The notes beneath the pieces were generated by a model. That model saw only the letters and a list, made by a program, of their open reading frames with translations. It was not told where the DNA came from and searched no databases. Below, one piece after another: positions 47,046 to 56,766 of a DNA stretch of 64,000 nt. The stretch lies in sequence record MN159079.1; one strand, given 5' to 3'. Both the position numbers and the translations under genes were made by a program. Numbering within the stretch: the first letter of the stretch is position 1; the number at the start of each line of letters is the position of its first letter.

Positions 47046-48002
47046 ATGACCAACGCTGTTTTCAACATCTACCTGTGTGGTGGTGTCGGTATCAAAATAG
47101 GTAACCTGTTCAGCGCGGTAAGCCGCCAATCCCGCCACGTCGATCAGATCGTTGCTCTGGATTCGTCCACCGCCAACAAAGCAGTTGATGACTGCTTCCC
47201 GATCGAACGTCTGGAAGGTGCCGAAGGTTCTGGCTCCGACAAACGTGCCAACATGCACCTGTACAAACCTTTCGTCAAGCAAGTACTGTCCAAGTACCCG
47301 CCCAACAAGTTGAACATCGTCGTGTTCACTGGATCCGGTGGTACTGGTTCCGGTATCGGTCCGCACGTCATGCGTGAATTCCTGGAAGCGGGGATTCCGG
47401 CACTGGCAATGGTGATTGGTGATGACAGTTCCATGAAAGAACTGGACAACACTGTCTCCACTCTGCGTTCCCTGGCAGCACAAACCAAGCTGGGTGTTCC
47501 GGTTTGTTTCACCTACCACCTGAACCGCCCTGAACTCACCCACTCCGCTGTGAACCATCAAGTGGTCCAGAGCATCGACTCTGCCCTGTTGGCACTGAAC
47601 CTGGATAACGTCAGTATCGACTACGCTGACATCTCCAACCTGTTCTTCTTCAGCCGGGTAGTCAACGCCGACCCCATCCTGACCCAGATGACCTTCCTGA
47701 CGGATACCGACCTGGACAAGTACGATCGTCAACCGATCGCCGCTATCTCTGTCTTCGCCAAAGAAGATGACATGCGTGCACCGTTCCCTGGTCTGATGTA
47801 CCGCAAAGCAGGTACCTTCAGTGAAGCCAATGCCGGCTTTGAAGAATCCTGTCACGTAGTGCTGGATCACGGCAGCACCCTGGCTGAGCTGGAAACCATG
47901 ATGGAGTCCCACAAGAAACGCACCGATGGTATCGGTTCTCGTTTCAAAGTTCAGAAGTCCGCCATTATGGACGGTGCCGACGACGACGGGATGTTCTGTT
48001 AA
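47046..48002 (+). CDS. phuZ: PhuZ phage tubulin
   Basis: IYLCGGVGIKIG, GAEGSG, tubulin signature GSGGTGSG, acidic C-terminal tail DDDGMF. Confidence 0.93.
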   Translation: MTNAVFNIYLCGGVGIKIGNLFSAVSRQSRHVDQIVALDSSTANKAVDDCFPIERLEGAEGSGSDKRANMHLYKPFVKQVLSKYPPNKLNIVVFTGSGGTGSGIGPHVMREFLEAGIPALAMVIGDDSSMKELDNTVSTLRSLAAQTKLGVPVCFTYHLNRPELTHSAVNHQVVQSIDSALLALNLDNVSIDYADISNLFFFSRVVNADPILTQMTFLTDTDLDKYDRQPIAAISVFAKEDDMRAPFPGLMYRKAGTFSEANAGFEESCHVVLDHGSTLAELETMMESHKKRTDGIGSRFKVQKSAIMDGADDDGMFC

Positions 48003-48038
48003 TAGGAGAGGGGAGAAGAAATTCTCCCCTTCTTTTAT

Positions 48039-48314
48039 ATGAGAATAATTTTTAATCTTTCCAGGTATACCGAAGAACTACGGACCACAAACCGTTCACC
48101 TGAGGGGTTTGCATTTGGAGCTTTACAACAAGCTATACGTGATATGGGGATACCTCTTCCACCAGCTTCGTTTGTTATCGCTTCCGATGACCAACATCTC
48201 TTTTATAACGAGATTTGTGGTATTGTTGAACGTGAACTAATTAGTCTGCCGACACCACGGCACGCTAATCTGGTCATGATCTCTCCAATGTTCTTTCAAC
48301 TGGAATTACTATAA
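48039..48314 (+). CDS. hypothetical protein (post-PhuZ core block)
   Basis: 91 aa; synteny. Confidence 0.65.
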   Translation: MRIIFNLSRYTEELRTTNRSPEGFAFGALQQAIRDMGIPLPPASFVIASDDQHLFYNEICGIVERELISLPTPRHANLVMISPMFFQLELL

Positions 48315-48324
48315 AGGAAACGCA

Positions 48325-48813
48325 ATGTACGTCGTCAACTTACTTGATCTGAAACAACGGATCAACTTCACTCTCATGTACTGTCTCCACGACATGACAA
48401 GAGAAGATGAAGAAGAGCTGATGGTTAGTCTGACCGAGGTGGCACTCGATTTGACACTCAGTATGGTAAACGACAAAACCGGCGAACACCCCGACGACAT
48501 GTTTGATCGTTACGTCAAGATGAAATATCCTGATGTCCAACATGTATTCGGGATCGGTGAAATAGTGACCAGCCTGGTCATTGAGATTCGGAAACGTTTC
48601 TTTACCGAGTTCGGACACGATAAGCGACTCATGTACAAACTGGTGCGTACCAAACGCGGTCGTACCCCGATCTACTACTTCGCAATGGACCTGGAATTCA
48701 CCTTCGAATGTGGTGGGTTCTTCCAGCCATCTCAAGAAGACCTCACCCAAGAGGTCGACGACAACCCGAGTCTGGAGACCATGAATGAGTTGTTCACCCG
48801 CGCCCATTATTGA
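48325..48813 (+). CDS. hypothetical protein (core block)
   Basis: 162 aa with AAGGA RBS. Confidence 0.8.
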   Translation: MYVVNLLDLKQRINFTLMYCLHDMTREDEEELMVSLTEVALDLTLSMVNDKTGEHPDDMFDRYVKMKYPDVQHVFGIGEIVTSLVIEIRKRFFTEFGHDKRLMYKLVRTKRGRTPIYYFAMDLEFTFECGGFFQPSQEDLTQEVDDNPSLETMNELFTRAHY

Positions 48814-49243
48814 TTTCACTGCCTTCTATCCTGAGATAGAGAAAGCGATCGATAAGAACAGTGTGTACGCTAAGGGGCTTGTAAAGGAAGAGCATAAACT
48901 GTTCCTTGTCCCTGAGCTTGTCACCTGGCTGCTCGGAAGAACTTCCAGTTTCATCGTCAAGGGATATTTTCCTGACCCTCGGCTCAGAAACTTCTTCGAC
49001 CGCGATGTACTGATCGAAGAGTTCGACGATCTATTTCTAGAATTTAGGGACTACCTCAGACTGACCTATGGTTTGGTAGAAGGAACGCCCATCACTTTCT
49101 TGAGATACGATAACGTTCACACATTTATACCGTTGAAGGGTGTCAAAGATGATGCGCTTAATTACGACCAATGTGACACATTTGGTCAAAGCAGTTTCTC
49201 AATGGTACCTCAATACGGAAACGTACAATCCCCTAGCTATTAA
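48785..49243 (+). CDS. hypothetical protein (core block)
   Basis: 152 aa; start uncertain. Confidence 0.7.
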   Translation: MSCSPAPIIDFTAFYPEIEKAIDKNSVYAKGLVKEEHKLFLVPELVTWLLGRTSSFIVKGYFPDPRLRNFFDRDVLIEEFDDLFLEFRDYLRLTYGLVEGTPITFLRYDNVHTFIPLKGVKDDALNYDQCDTFGQSSFSMVPQYGNVQSPSY

Positions 49244-49445
49244 GTATATTCGTGACAGGGATGTCAAAGCGTATAGCGAAGGGTTGTATGAGTTGTGTGG
49301 TAGCGATACCCCATTCGTACTTCAGGACACCATTGTTCACTTAGACCTCTTGATAGATGAAGTTGACAGATCCAAAGACCTGGCCAATTTCTACTTCGAG
49401 GGGAACATCTTCATTATTGTGGAGGATCCGTATGGAACAGTTTAG
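49140..49445 (+). CDS. hypothetical protein (core block)
   Basis: 101 aa overlapping its neighbours; start uncertain. Confidence 0.6.
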   Translation: MSKMMRLITTNVTHLVKAVSQWYLNTETYNPLAIKYIRDRDVKAYSEGLYELCGSDTPFVLQDTIVHLDLLIDEVDRSKDLANFYFEGNIFIIVEDPYGTV

Positions 49446-49749
49446 GGGGTTACAACCCCAAGGGATATTCTCCCATAACTGTGCATTCCCGGGTGTCCCT
49501 ACCGAGGTGGCTGCAAACCTCATTGGGATGTCTTTCAACATCTACGGGGTTAACCACCAAATCCCGTTCAATCCCAACTTGGGTAACGAAGGTCTGGAGA
49601 GCGAAGACAAGAACATTGAAACTCGCAACCTGGACACGTATTACCAGTTGAAGAGTCTTCTGGGTAACTTCTCCAGGGAGTACACCAAAGTCGATGCCGA
49701 AGTTCGGTGTAGCAATGGTCTGTTCATGATTACCTTTAAATGCTGGTAA
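49432..49749 (+). CDS. hypothetical protein (core block)
   Basis: ATG 49432 after GGAGG (track start 49357). Confidence 0.7.
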   Translation: MEQFRGLQPQGIFSHNCAFPGVPTEVAANLIGMSFNIYGVNHQIPFNPNLGNEGLESEDKNIETRNLDTYYQLKSLLGNFSREYTKVDAEVRCSNGLFMITFKCW

Positions 49750-49758
49750 GGAAATCAA

Positions 49759-50109
49759 ATGCAGATCATGTTGAACCACTTCGACTATGACACTCTGATC
49801 CCAGTGATACAAAGTGTTGCAGGAGATGACGTCCCGTTAACCTTGGAAACGATCACTCAAGTTTTGGTACAGATGTCTGAAAGAGTCTGTGATGCAACCT
49901 TAACGAGATGTGATTTGACAGAGGCTGAATTGGAATTTACTGACGCAATGTGTCTTCCATTAGTGAAGAATGAAATGTTGACTGCTGTCAGGATATTCCC
50001 TGAGCGTCATCAAGTGGTAAGATATGGTAATAATTTGATTACCTTCCCCACCATCATTGCTGAGGTTTATAATGACACTCGACCAGATCTCCGATGGGGA
50101 TATTGTTAA
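49759..50109 (+). CDS. hypothetical protein (core block)
   Basis: 116 aa with AAGGA RBS. Confidence 0.7.
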   Translation: MQIMLNHFDYDTLIPVIQSVAGDDVPLTLETITQVLVQMSERVCDATLTRCDLTEAELEFTDAMCLPLVKNEMLTAVRIFPERHQVVRYGNNLITFPTIIAEVYNDTRPDLRWGYC

Positions 50110-50494
50110 CTTCGATATGGTCTTTCCTGGGATTCTTCAATCCCAGTATAAAGGCGTGGTAGTAACAGGGGTTTTCGATTACATCGTTGCTCGTGCTCTC
50201 GATCCGGAACTCCAGGTCAAGCATGATGCACTCTATCCTTACTTCAAGGATAGCGTCAACGATGTGAACGATCCCAGTGTCTACCGTTATTTCGGTATTC
50301 GTCCTGATCCGACGAGTTCTGAAATTGTCGTTATCGGTTATCCCTGGATTCGACCGGACAGTCTCCAAGTCACACAAGGACGCGAAGCAGTTCTGATCAT
50401 CTCCCCCTGGCAGCAAAGTTATGAAGCTCCTCTCAAGGACTTCCTTCGTAACCTGAACGCCGGGTTTGTTATTCGGATCGACGATAAGAAATAA
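50072..50494 (+). CDS. conserved phiKZ-like protein upstream of DNA polymerase (gp49 position)
   Basis: ATG 50072 after GAGG; synteny; hairpin 50502-50535 follows. Confidence 0.75.
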   Translation: MTLDQISDGDIVNFDMVFPGILQSQYKGVVVTGVFDYIVARALDPELQVKHDALYPYFKDSVNDVNDPSVYRYFGIRPDPTSSEIVVIGYPWIRPDSLQVTQGREAVLIISPWQQSYEAPLKDFLRNLNAGFVIRIDDKK

Positions 50495-50568
50495 GTTAAA
50501 GGTTACTGTCGCTACCATCTGGTAGCGACAGTAACTATTCTTTGTTTATTTTCTTATCTGGAGAGATC

Positions 50569-52632
50569 ATGTCCAACGATAATCCATTTCTCTCTGAGAA
50601 ATACAGTTCCGACAGGAACATTATTAAACACAACCTCGATCAGCAGGCGTTGGTTATTTCGAGGATGCGAAACGAACCTTATCAAGAGGTCCGTAACAAT
50701 TTAGTCAAGTTCTATAAAGCGCACAAAGATGAATTCAAGTCCAAGAAAGCTAAGGTCTTGGTAAAGAACAAACATGGTGACCGAGAGCTCCAGATACGTT
50801 CCATCTTCAGTGTGTTTAAAGAAGTACAAGCGAACAACTATCACTTCAGCCCGTCAATGATTGGTTATACAAACTCTGATGAAGAAGAGTGTGTTAACTC
50901 AATCGGTACCCGTCAGTTCATTGACAACCGTAAGTTCTATAAGGACAAACGGCAAGAGGTGCCCAAAGGCGGTGATATGTGGACGAAGTACAACGAACTT
51001 CAGAACGCATTCAAAATCTTTAACAACGCCCAATCAGGTGCGATGTCCTCCGAAGGCACACCGATCAACAACAAGACCGGTCACACTTCATTGACGTCAA
51101 GCACTCGTTGTTTAACGTCGACAGCAAACCTGATTAACGAACAGTTCATAGCTGGTAACCGTTTCTATAACACTCCAGAAAACACAATGCAGGCGATCAT
51201 TGCTCGTCTGACAGTGAGTAATCTGAATGATATCGAAATGGTAATCAACAAGTTTGGGTTGAAAATACCAACTGTTGAAGATGTGATGAAAATCGTGGAA
51301 CGATGCTCTAGACGGTATTGGTCGTCAGCACTCGTTATGCGGTACATCAAGGTATTCCTGGACACGCTAAGTGGTCTTGAGTTAGCTGCTATAGCGTACA
51401 CACTTGACTTGGTAACACTGTACGAGTTGAACGTTCCGGTTATTACGAAACTGTTTGACGACTACGTGTACATCCCTGATTACGTTGAAGGTAAAGAGGG
51501 GATTAAACCGAACACTGGTGACCGTTATGTGTTGTGTATTTCCAAGCTTCCTCCTAAATCAGAGAAAGCCTGGGTTCCGCAGCTCAACGAATACCACATG
51601 TCAGTTGAACAGAAGTATGCCGATCTGTTCCGTGTGTTCTTCAAATCCAAAATACCACCATCTGGTCTGTTCGATGTAACCAGCGCTATCCGTGACGTGG
51701 TACTCACTTCCGATACTGACTCTTCCATCTATACAGTGGACGATATGATCGCGAACTACACCACTGAGCATGAAACTGTGGTACGACTGAATGGCGTGCT
51801 CACGTATTTCATTCGGATGATCTCTGTGGACCAACACGCTCAGCTTTCAGCCAACATGAACGTGTCACAGAAGAACATCAACCTGCTCACCATGAAGAAC
51901 GAATACTTCTTCGGTGCTTATGTCACCACATCCATGTCTAAACACTATTACGCGACTCAGCGTATGGTTGAAGGTGTGACCAACCCTGAACCCGATATCG
52001 AGATCAAGGGTGTTCACCTGAAGTCTTCTAAGATCTCTCCGAAGATTAAAGAAGTAGCTGTGAAGATGATGGAAGAAGCATTGTTCGCTCTGGAAGAATC
52101 CAGAACACTTGACGCAGCTCAGACATTGGCAGATATCGCCAACCTGGAGCGTGAAGTTATCGGTGAACTCCAGAAGGGTGAGTATAGCTGGTTGTCAAAA
52201 GAAACCATCAAAGTTAAGGCGGTGTACGGTAACCCTGATAGTCAGATCTATCTTTACCACGATATGTGGGAATCGGTGTTCTCCGATAAGTATGGTCCTG
52301 CTCCAGAACTTCCATATACTGTTGTTAAAATGTCCGTAGATCTTGGAAACAAAACCAAGCTCGAAAGCTACCTTAACAGCATCAAAGATTCCGAAATCCG
52401 TGAGCGCCTCAGATCTTTCCTTGAGAGCAAAGGAAAGAAAGACATGTCCAACATGTACGCTCCTCTAGAGCGTCTTCAGAACCTCCAGGATATTCCTGAG
52501 GAGATGAAACAGGCTATGGATATGCGGACTGTGATAAAGCAAAACTTCAAATGTATTTACGAGGTATTGCACTCCACAGGGATCTATGTGATGAACGATA
52601 GTATCTCTCGACTCATCTCAGATGAACATTAA
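50569..52632 (+). CDS. family-B DNA polymerase, polymerase subunit (phiKZ gp50-like)
   Basis: Motif B K-x3-N-x-x-S-G (FKIFNNAQSG), motif C SDTDS, KNE and IKGV; no exonuclease motifs recognised. Confidence 0.85.
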   Translation: MSNDNPFLSEKYSSDRNIIKHNLDQQALVISRMRNEPYQEVRNNLVKFYKAHKDEFKSKKAKVLVKNKHGDRELQIRSIFSVFKEVQANNYHFSPSMIGYTNSDEEECVNSIGTRQFIDNRKFYKDKRQEVPKGGDMWTKYNELQNAFKIFNNAQSGAMSSEGTPINNKTGHTSLTSSTRCLTSTANLINEQFIAGNRFYNTPENTMQAIIARLTVSNLNDIEMVINKFGLKIPTVEDVMKIVERCSRRYWSSALVMRYIKVFLDTLSGLELAAIAYTLDLVTLYELNVPVITKLFDDYVYIPDYVEGKEGIKPNTGDRYVLCISKLPPKSEKAWVPQLNEYHMSVEQKYADLFRVFFKSKIPPSGLFDVTSAIRDVVLTSDTDSSIYTVDDMIANYTTEHETVVRLNGVLTYFIRMISVDQHAQLSANMNVSQKNINLLTMKNEYFFGAYVTTSMSKHYYATQRMVEGVTNPEPDIEIKGVHLKSSKISPKIKEVAVKMMEEALFALEESRTLDAAQTLADIANLEREVIGELQKGEYSWLSKETIKVKAVYGNPDSQIYLYHDMWESVFSDKYGPAPELPYTVVKMSVDLGNKTKLESYLNSIKDSEIRERLRSFLESKGKKDMSNMYAPLERLQNLQDIPEEMKQAMDMRTVIKQNFKCIYEVLHSTGIYVMNDSISRLISDEH

Positions 52633-52686
52633 TATTATGTAGAAAACCAACCCTCTCCCGCATCGCCGGGAGAGGGTTAATCTATG

Positions 52687-53787
52687 TTACATTTTTTCTT
52701 TCACATCTTTGTAAGTGTCAATGAAGAACTTCTTCCACTTGGGGTCTTTGACGTTCTCAAAGAGGAATCCAGGAGGAGTCTTAAAGAAAGTCTTGAGGTC
52801 AGAAGAGACCTTAGGATCTTCAAACCCTACGAACTCACCCAGATCCAGAAACCCTTGAACGTTATAAAGGTTAGCAAGTGTCCAGACCCAACTCAACTGT
52901 ATATAGTAGAGTGACTTACCGGGGTTAGTGAAAACGTATGGTTTCAACGTCCCCCTGTCAAACAAAGAGACTTGATATCCCATGTACTGACTGAATGACT
53001 TCATTGGTGTCGCCATCATTGTACGACGTTTCCAGGCGTTCAATTCACCAACAGCTGGAATGTAGTTTTCCATTGCAAAGGGTGATTTATCAGCGTCCGG
53101 AACTTGACCATGTTCCCACATATCGAGGACAACCAAATCGTTGTAATCCATCCACATGTCCATGATGACTTGGAAGACATAGTGGTGTGGAGAAAGGCCA
53201 AGTGAAACATTACGAGCAATACGATCCTTCAGATACCAGTAGTATCCTGCGACAAATGCCGGGAGATCCAACTCGAGTATTGTGAAGACATCGCTACTGT
53301 GATTCTTCTTATTCGTGTCTATCAACTTCTGACAATCCCAATAGTGTTTACCACCGTTGGTCATTATCGGAAAGAGTGATTTGATGCGATTTGAATTTTC
53401 ACTGGCGATATTTATATTGTGTAACGAACTGGACGCATAGTCCATAGAAGTTACTACAAGTGTGTTGTGATTCATTTCCGGAAAGAACTTTCCAGGGAAG
53501 TTGATCCCATCACGATAGAGAGTGACAAGGTTAACATCGTTGGCTGCGCGTCTTGCTTTTCCGTTGATAACAGAGAGCAATGTACTTGGAGACCATGACG
53601 GGTCAACCGACACTTCTAGCAATAAGGTTACTAACGGATGATCGTTTTCAACCACCCTGTTCCCAGCTAAACTGAACTCAAAGAACCTTGAACGATTTCT
53701 CGCCATGATCCTGTTCAGGTTATCTCGAGGTCCGTAGTTAGGAATCGGATAGTTGATTCCATTATCACGGAGAATGAAAGTTGACAT
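52687..53787 (-). CDS. conserved phiKZ-like protein (gp52 position)
   Basis: 366 aa on the opposite strand between polymerase and chimallin, as in phiKZ-like phages. Confidence 0.7.
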   Translation of the reverse strand: MSTFILRDNGINYPIPNYGPRDNLNRIMARNRSRFFEFSLAGNRVVENDHPLVTLLLEVSVDPSWSPSTLLSVINGKARRAANDVNLVTLYRDGINFPGKFFPEMNHNTLVVTSMDYASSSLHNINIASENSNRIKSLFPIMTNGGKHYWDCQKLIDTNKKNHSSDVFTILELDLPAFVAGYYWYLKDRIARNVSLGLSPHHYVFQVIMDMWMDYNDLVVLDMWEHGQVPDADKSPFAMENYIPAVGELNAWKRRTMMATPMKSFSQYMGYQVSLFDRGTLKPYVFTNPGKSLYYIQLSWVWTLANLYNVQGFLDLGEFVGFEDPKVSSDLKTFFKTPPGFLFENVKDPKWKKFFIDTYKDVKEKM

Positions 53788-53943
53788 GTAAACCTCGTTG
53801 ATTTAATTCTTCAAAATAGTTTCCTATTATATGTAAACAAATGTCAAGGAGTAATCCTTGGCTTTGCGCGGGAGACGTCCGTCTTGTAATAAATCTGGTA
53901 CAAAAGATCGTTAAAAATTGACGTTCTATAAATTTTCAGATAT

Positions 53944-53959
53944 ATATTATTAGAGTGTA
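53944..53959 (+). promoter_or_regulatory. putative early promoter of chimallin
   Basis: ATATTATTAGAGTGTA. Confidence 0.6.
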
Positions 53960-54025
53960 ATAGTAGAACAGATTGTTCGAAATTCAAGACGTCCTGAGTT
54001 TTAAAGCAATAAAGGATAACATGTA

Positions 54026-56014
54026 ATGTCCGATAAACCTTCCAACAAAGGTTTCAGTCTCCCTGGACAAGACAGTCCTAGTGAAACTGGTGCCCAACAC
54101 CAACCTGCCGTATCTGAAGTTCAAACCAAACCCGTAACCACCCTCAAAGAAGGAAAAGTGAATATGTCTATCAACTCCCTGGCCTCCCTGATCGGTATGT
54201 CCTCCCTGGTTTCCCAAGCTGGCACCATCCCGGAAGTGAAAGCAATCGCCAAAGGTATCGACGACGCCGTGGCTGATCTGAAGCGTCAGATCGCTACCCC
54301 TGAGCAAATGGCAACCCTGCCGGCCGACGTGACCCACCTGACCTCCGACATCACCCAGCACCTGCCGGGTATCGTACTGCCGCTGCGCCTGGGCCAGACC
54401 GTGTACGTGATGCCGATCCTGTTCTGGAAAGCCGGTGTGACCGACGCTACCGACACCATCATGGTGAACCAAGGTGAAGCACCGCGTGGTTTCGCCAAGA
54501 CCGCGTCCAGCTTCATGCACATCGACATGATCAACAAGATCCGCGACAGCTTCGCCTTCTACGGCGAGAAGAAAGCTGACGAAGTCATGGCCACCAGCCC
54601 CTGCGTGATCAACCTGGAGCACTGGATCAAGGAAGGCAAGAACACCGAAGAAATGGTGCGCGAAGTCGTCAACGTGATCCTGACCGAATGGCACGCTGGT
54701 CTGATGACCCTGGGCGTGATGCTGACCACCAAGGCCGGCGGTACCATCCCCAGCCCGTTCAAGAACAGCAAGCTGTTCGGTGATCAGGACACTGCCATCG
54801 CTCGTGTAGAAGCTGCCTACAACCCGGTCATCCGTGGTGTCACCACCGGTTACAACCTGGCTGTCAACATCTCTACCGCGCCGAAGAACGCTCACATGGT
54901 CCACACCAACAACATGAACGCCAAGTCGGTCTGCAAGACCTTCCTGAACGTCCAGTTGGACACCATGCAGCCGCAGCAGTACGGTCATCTCCGTCAGCGT
55001 GCCGGTATGGGTCAGAACGTTGGTCCGATCGTTCCGGTCATCTCCATCGGTCAGACCATCCCGGGTGAAACCCTGAACCACAACCAGTCCATCCTGTCGG
55101 CCGCCCTGGGTCTGTTCGCAGCCCTGACCGCCAACAACCTGCGTTTCTACTCCGAAGCAATCCGTGCCAAGGAAGTGGGTCACCGCGGTAACCTGGCTGT
55201 GTTCAACAACTACCTGTCCGCCATCACCCAGGGTCAGTACACCTCCGATCAGCTGCTGTCCGCCAAGAACATCAGCAACGTCGCCGTGGTGAACGACTGG
55301 ATCCAACGCTTCGTGAACAGCCGCGCTGTCTACGTAGTCGACGTACCGACCTTCGGTCCGGATTCCAGCATCTCTGACTTCTGGATGGGCATGGCCAAGT
55401 TCGGTCCGGGTTCCCTGTACCAGAACACTCTGATCGCCATCTTCGATGCACTGACCAACAAGAAGTTCAGCGAGAAGGCAGAAGAGAACGCCAAGATGGC
55501 TCAGCGTGATCCGTCCAAGCACTGGACCAAGGCCGACAAGGTTCTGTCCCTGACCCAGATGATCGTCCCGCGCGGCCGTGCTCAGGGCAAGGATGGCAAG
55601 TGGTTCTGCCTGAGCGAAATCGATGGCATGTTCCTGCGTCAGACCGAGTACCTGGGTACCAACGAAGTCGAGATCGCCGAGTACCAAGCTCTGGTACAAG
55701 GTTCCGTTCCGGGCGTTGATCGTCGCACCCGCGAGTTCAACCTGATCAACAAGCTCCAGCACATGTTCCAGGGCAACGTGATCATCGATGGTTTCGATGC
55801 TCGCCTGATCTGGTCCTCTGCGCTGTTCAACACCCTGGCCGAAGCAATGGTTTCCACCGGTACTCTGACCGTGAACTCCAGCGCTCACCAGTCCAACTGG
55901 ACCATGGAATACTCCAACGAGCTGTTCGACCACTTCATGACTGCCGGTATCGTTCCGCAAGTCGGTGGTGGCGCGAGCGCTGCTCAGTTCGGCATGTACT
56001 CCAACCTGGTCTAA
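54026..56014 (+). CDS. chmA: chimallin (phage nuclear shell protein)
   Basis: 662 aa with the strongest codon bias in the window and a disordered N-terminus; located between the gp52-like gene and nvRNAP beta-prime, with an early promoter; motif pattern recalls chimallins. Confidence 0.82.
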   Translation: MSDKPSNKGFSLPGQDSPSETGAQHQPAVSEVQTKPVTTLKEGKVNMSINSLASLIGMSSLVSQAGTIPEVKAIAKGIDDAVADLKRQIATPEQMATLPADVTHLTSDITQHLPGIVLPLRLGQTVYVMPILFWKAGVTDATDTIMVNQGEAPRGFAKTASSFMHIDMINKIRDSFAFYGEKKADEVMATSPCVINLEHWIKEGKNTEEMVREVVNVILTEWHAGLMTLGVMLTTKAGGTIPSPFKNSKLFGDQDTAIARVEAAYNPVIRGVTTGYNLAVNISTAPKNAHMVHTNNMNAKSVCKTFLNVQLDTMQPQQYGHLRQRAGMGQNVGPIVPVISIGQTIPGETLNHNQSILSAALGLFAALTANNLRFYSEAIRAKEVGHRGNLAVFNNYLSAITQGQYTSDQLLSAKNISNVAVVNDWIQRFVNSRAVYVVDVPTFGPDSSISDFWMGMAKFGPGSLYQNTLIAIFDALTNKKFSEKAEENAKMAQRDPSKHWTKADKVLSLTQMIVPRGRAQGKDGKWFCLSEIDGMFLRQTEYLGTNEVEIAEYQALVQGSVPGVDRRTREFNLINKLQHMFQGNVIIDGFDARLIWSSALFNTLAEAMVSTGTLTVNSSAHQSNWTMEYSNELFDHFMTAGIVPQVGGGASAAQFGMYSNLV

Positions 56015-56042
56015 GTAGACCTGAAGTAACTTAGTGCCAATT

Positions 56043-56072
56043 CACAGGAGGGGGAGAAATCCTCCTCCTGTG
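56043..56072 (+). terminator. intrinsic terminator after chimallin
   Basis: CACAGGAGGGGGA...TCCTCCTCCTGTG + TTTTT. Confidence 0.85.
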
Positions 56073-56116
56073 TTTTTCTTTTGTTCTTTTTTATTTTTGT
56101 CTCTAAGGAGTTAGAA

Positions 56117-56389
56117 ATGTTTATCTTCTTGGTAAGTCGTGATTTCAATAACGTCGGTTACGACCAGTACATTTCTTTCGCGTGTGTTGCTAGTACAGCA
56201 GAAGAAGCCAAAATGATGAAACCTTGGGAAGTGAGTGAGTCATTCGACCCCAAAGAAGTCCTGGCCAACTACGATCCTAAGGATAAGGAGTGGATCAAAG
56301 AAGGTGAAGAAATTACTATTCGTTGCGCTGGACAGTCAGGAGAAGATATTCAAAAGGGTGTCATCCACACCAGTTATCACCATGCATAA
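56117..56389 (+). CDS. small acidic protein (YDEY family), copy 1
   Basis: ATG 56117 after AAGGAG; MFIFLVSRDFNNVGYDQYISFACVA. Confidence 0.8.
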   Translation: MFIFLVSRDFNNVGYDQYISFACVASTAEEAKMMKPWEVSESFDPKEVLANYDPKDKEWIKEGEEITIRCAGQSGEDIQKGVIHTSYHHA

Positions 56390-56404
56390 ACAACGAGGTG
56401 CTGT

Positions 56405-56668
56405 ATGTTCCTTTTCCTGGTAAGTCGCGAAGACCGTGTTGACTACGAGGAGTACTTTTCCTTTGTCTGTGCCGCCGAAACTCAGGCAGATGCTATTGCG
56501 ATGCATCCCGAACAGGACTCCCCTGATAATCCCGATGGACACGGTAAAGAACCCCACGAGTTCTCTGGCTGGACCAAAGACAAGAGCGCTATTAGCGTCA
56601 TGATTCTCGGTGAAGCCGCTCCGAATATCAGAGCTGGGGTATTGCATAGCAGTAATAAAGGCAGTTGA
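56405..56668 (+). CDS. small acidic protein (YDEY family), copy 2
   Basis: GAGG RBS; MFLFLVSREDRVDYEEYFSFVCAA. Confidence 0.8.
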   Translation: MFLFLVSREDRVDYEEYFSFVCAAETQADAIAMHPEQDSPDNPDGHGKEPHEFSGWTKDKSAISVMILGEAAPNIRAGVLHSSNKGS

Positions 56669-56766
56669 TTTACAACCGCTATAAATAAAGAAACAGATAT
56701 CATTGAAATGATACACCAGAGACAGTTCTTTGAGAACGGTCAATAATAAATGTAAAGGAGAAGTGC

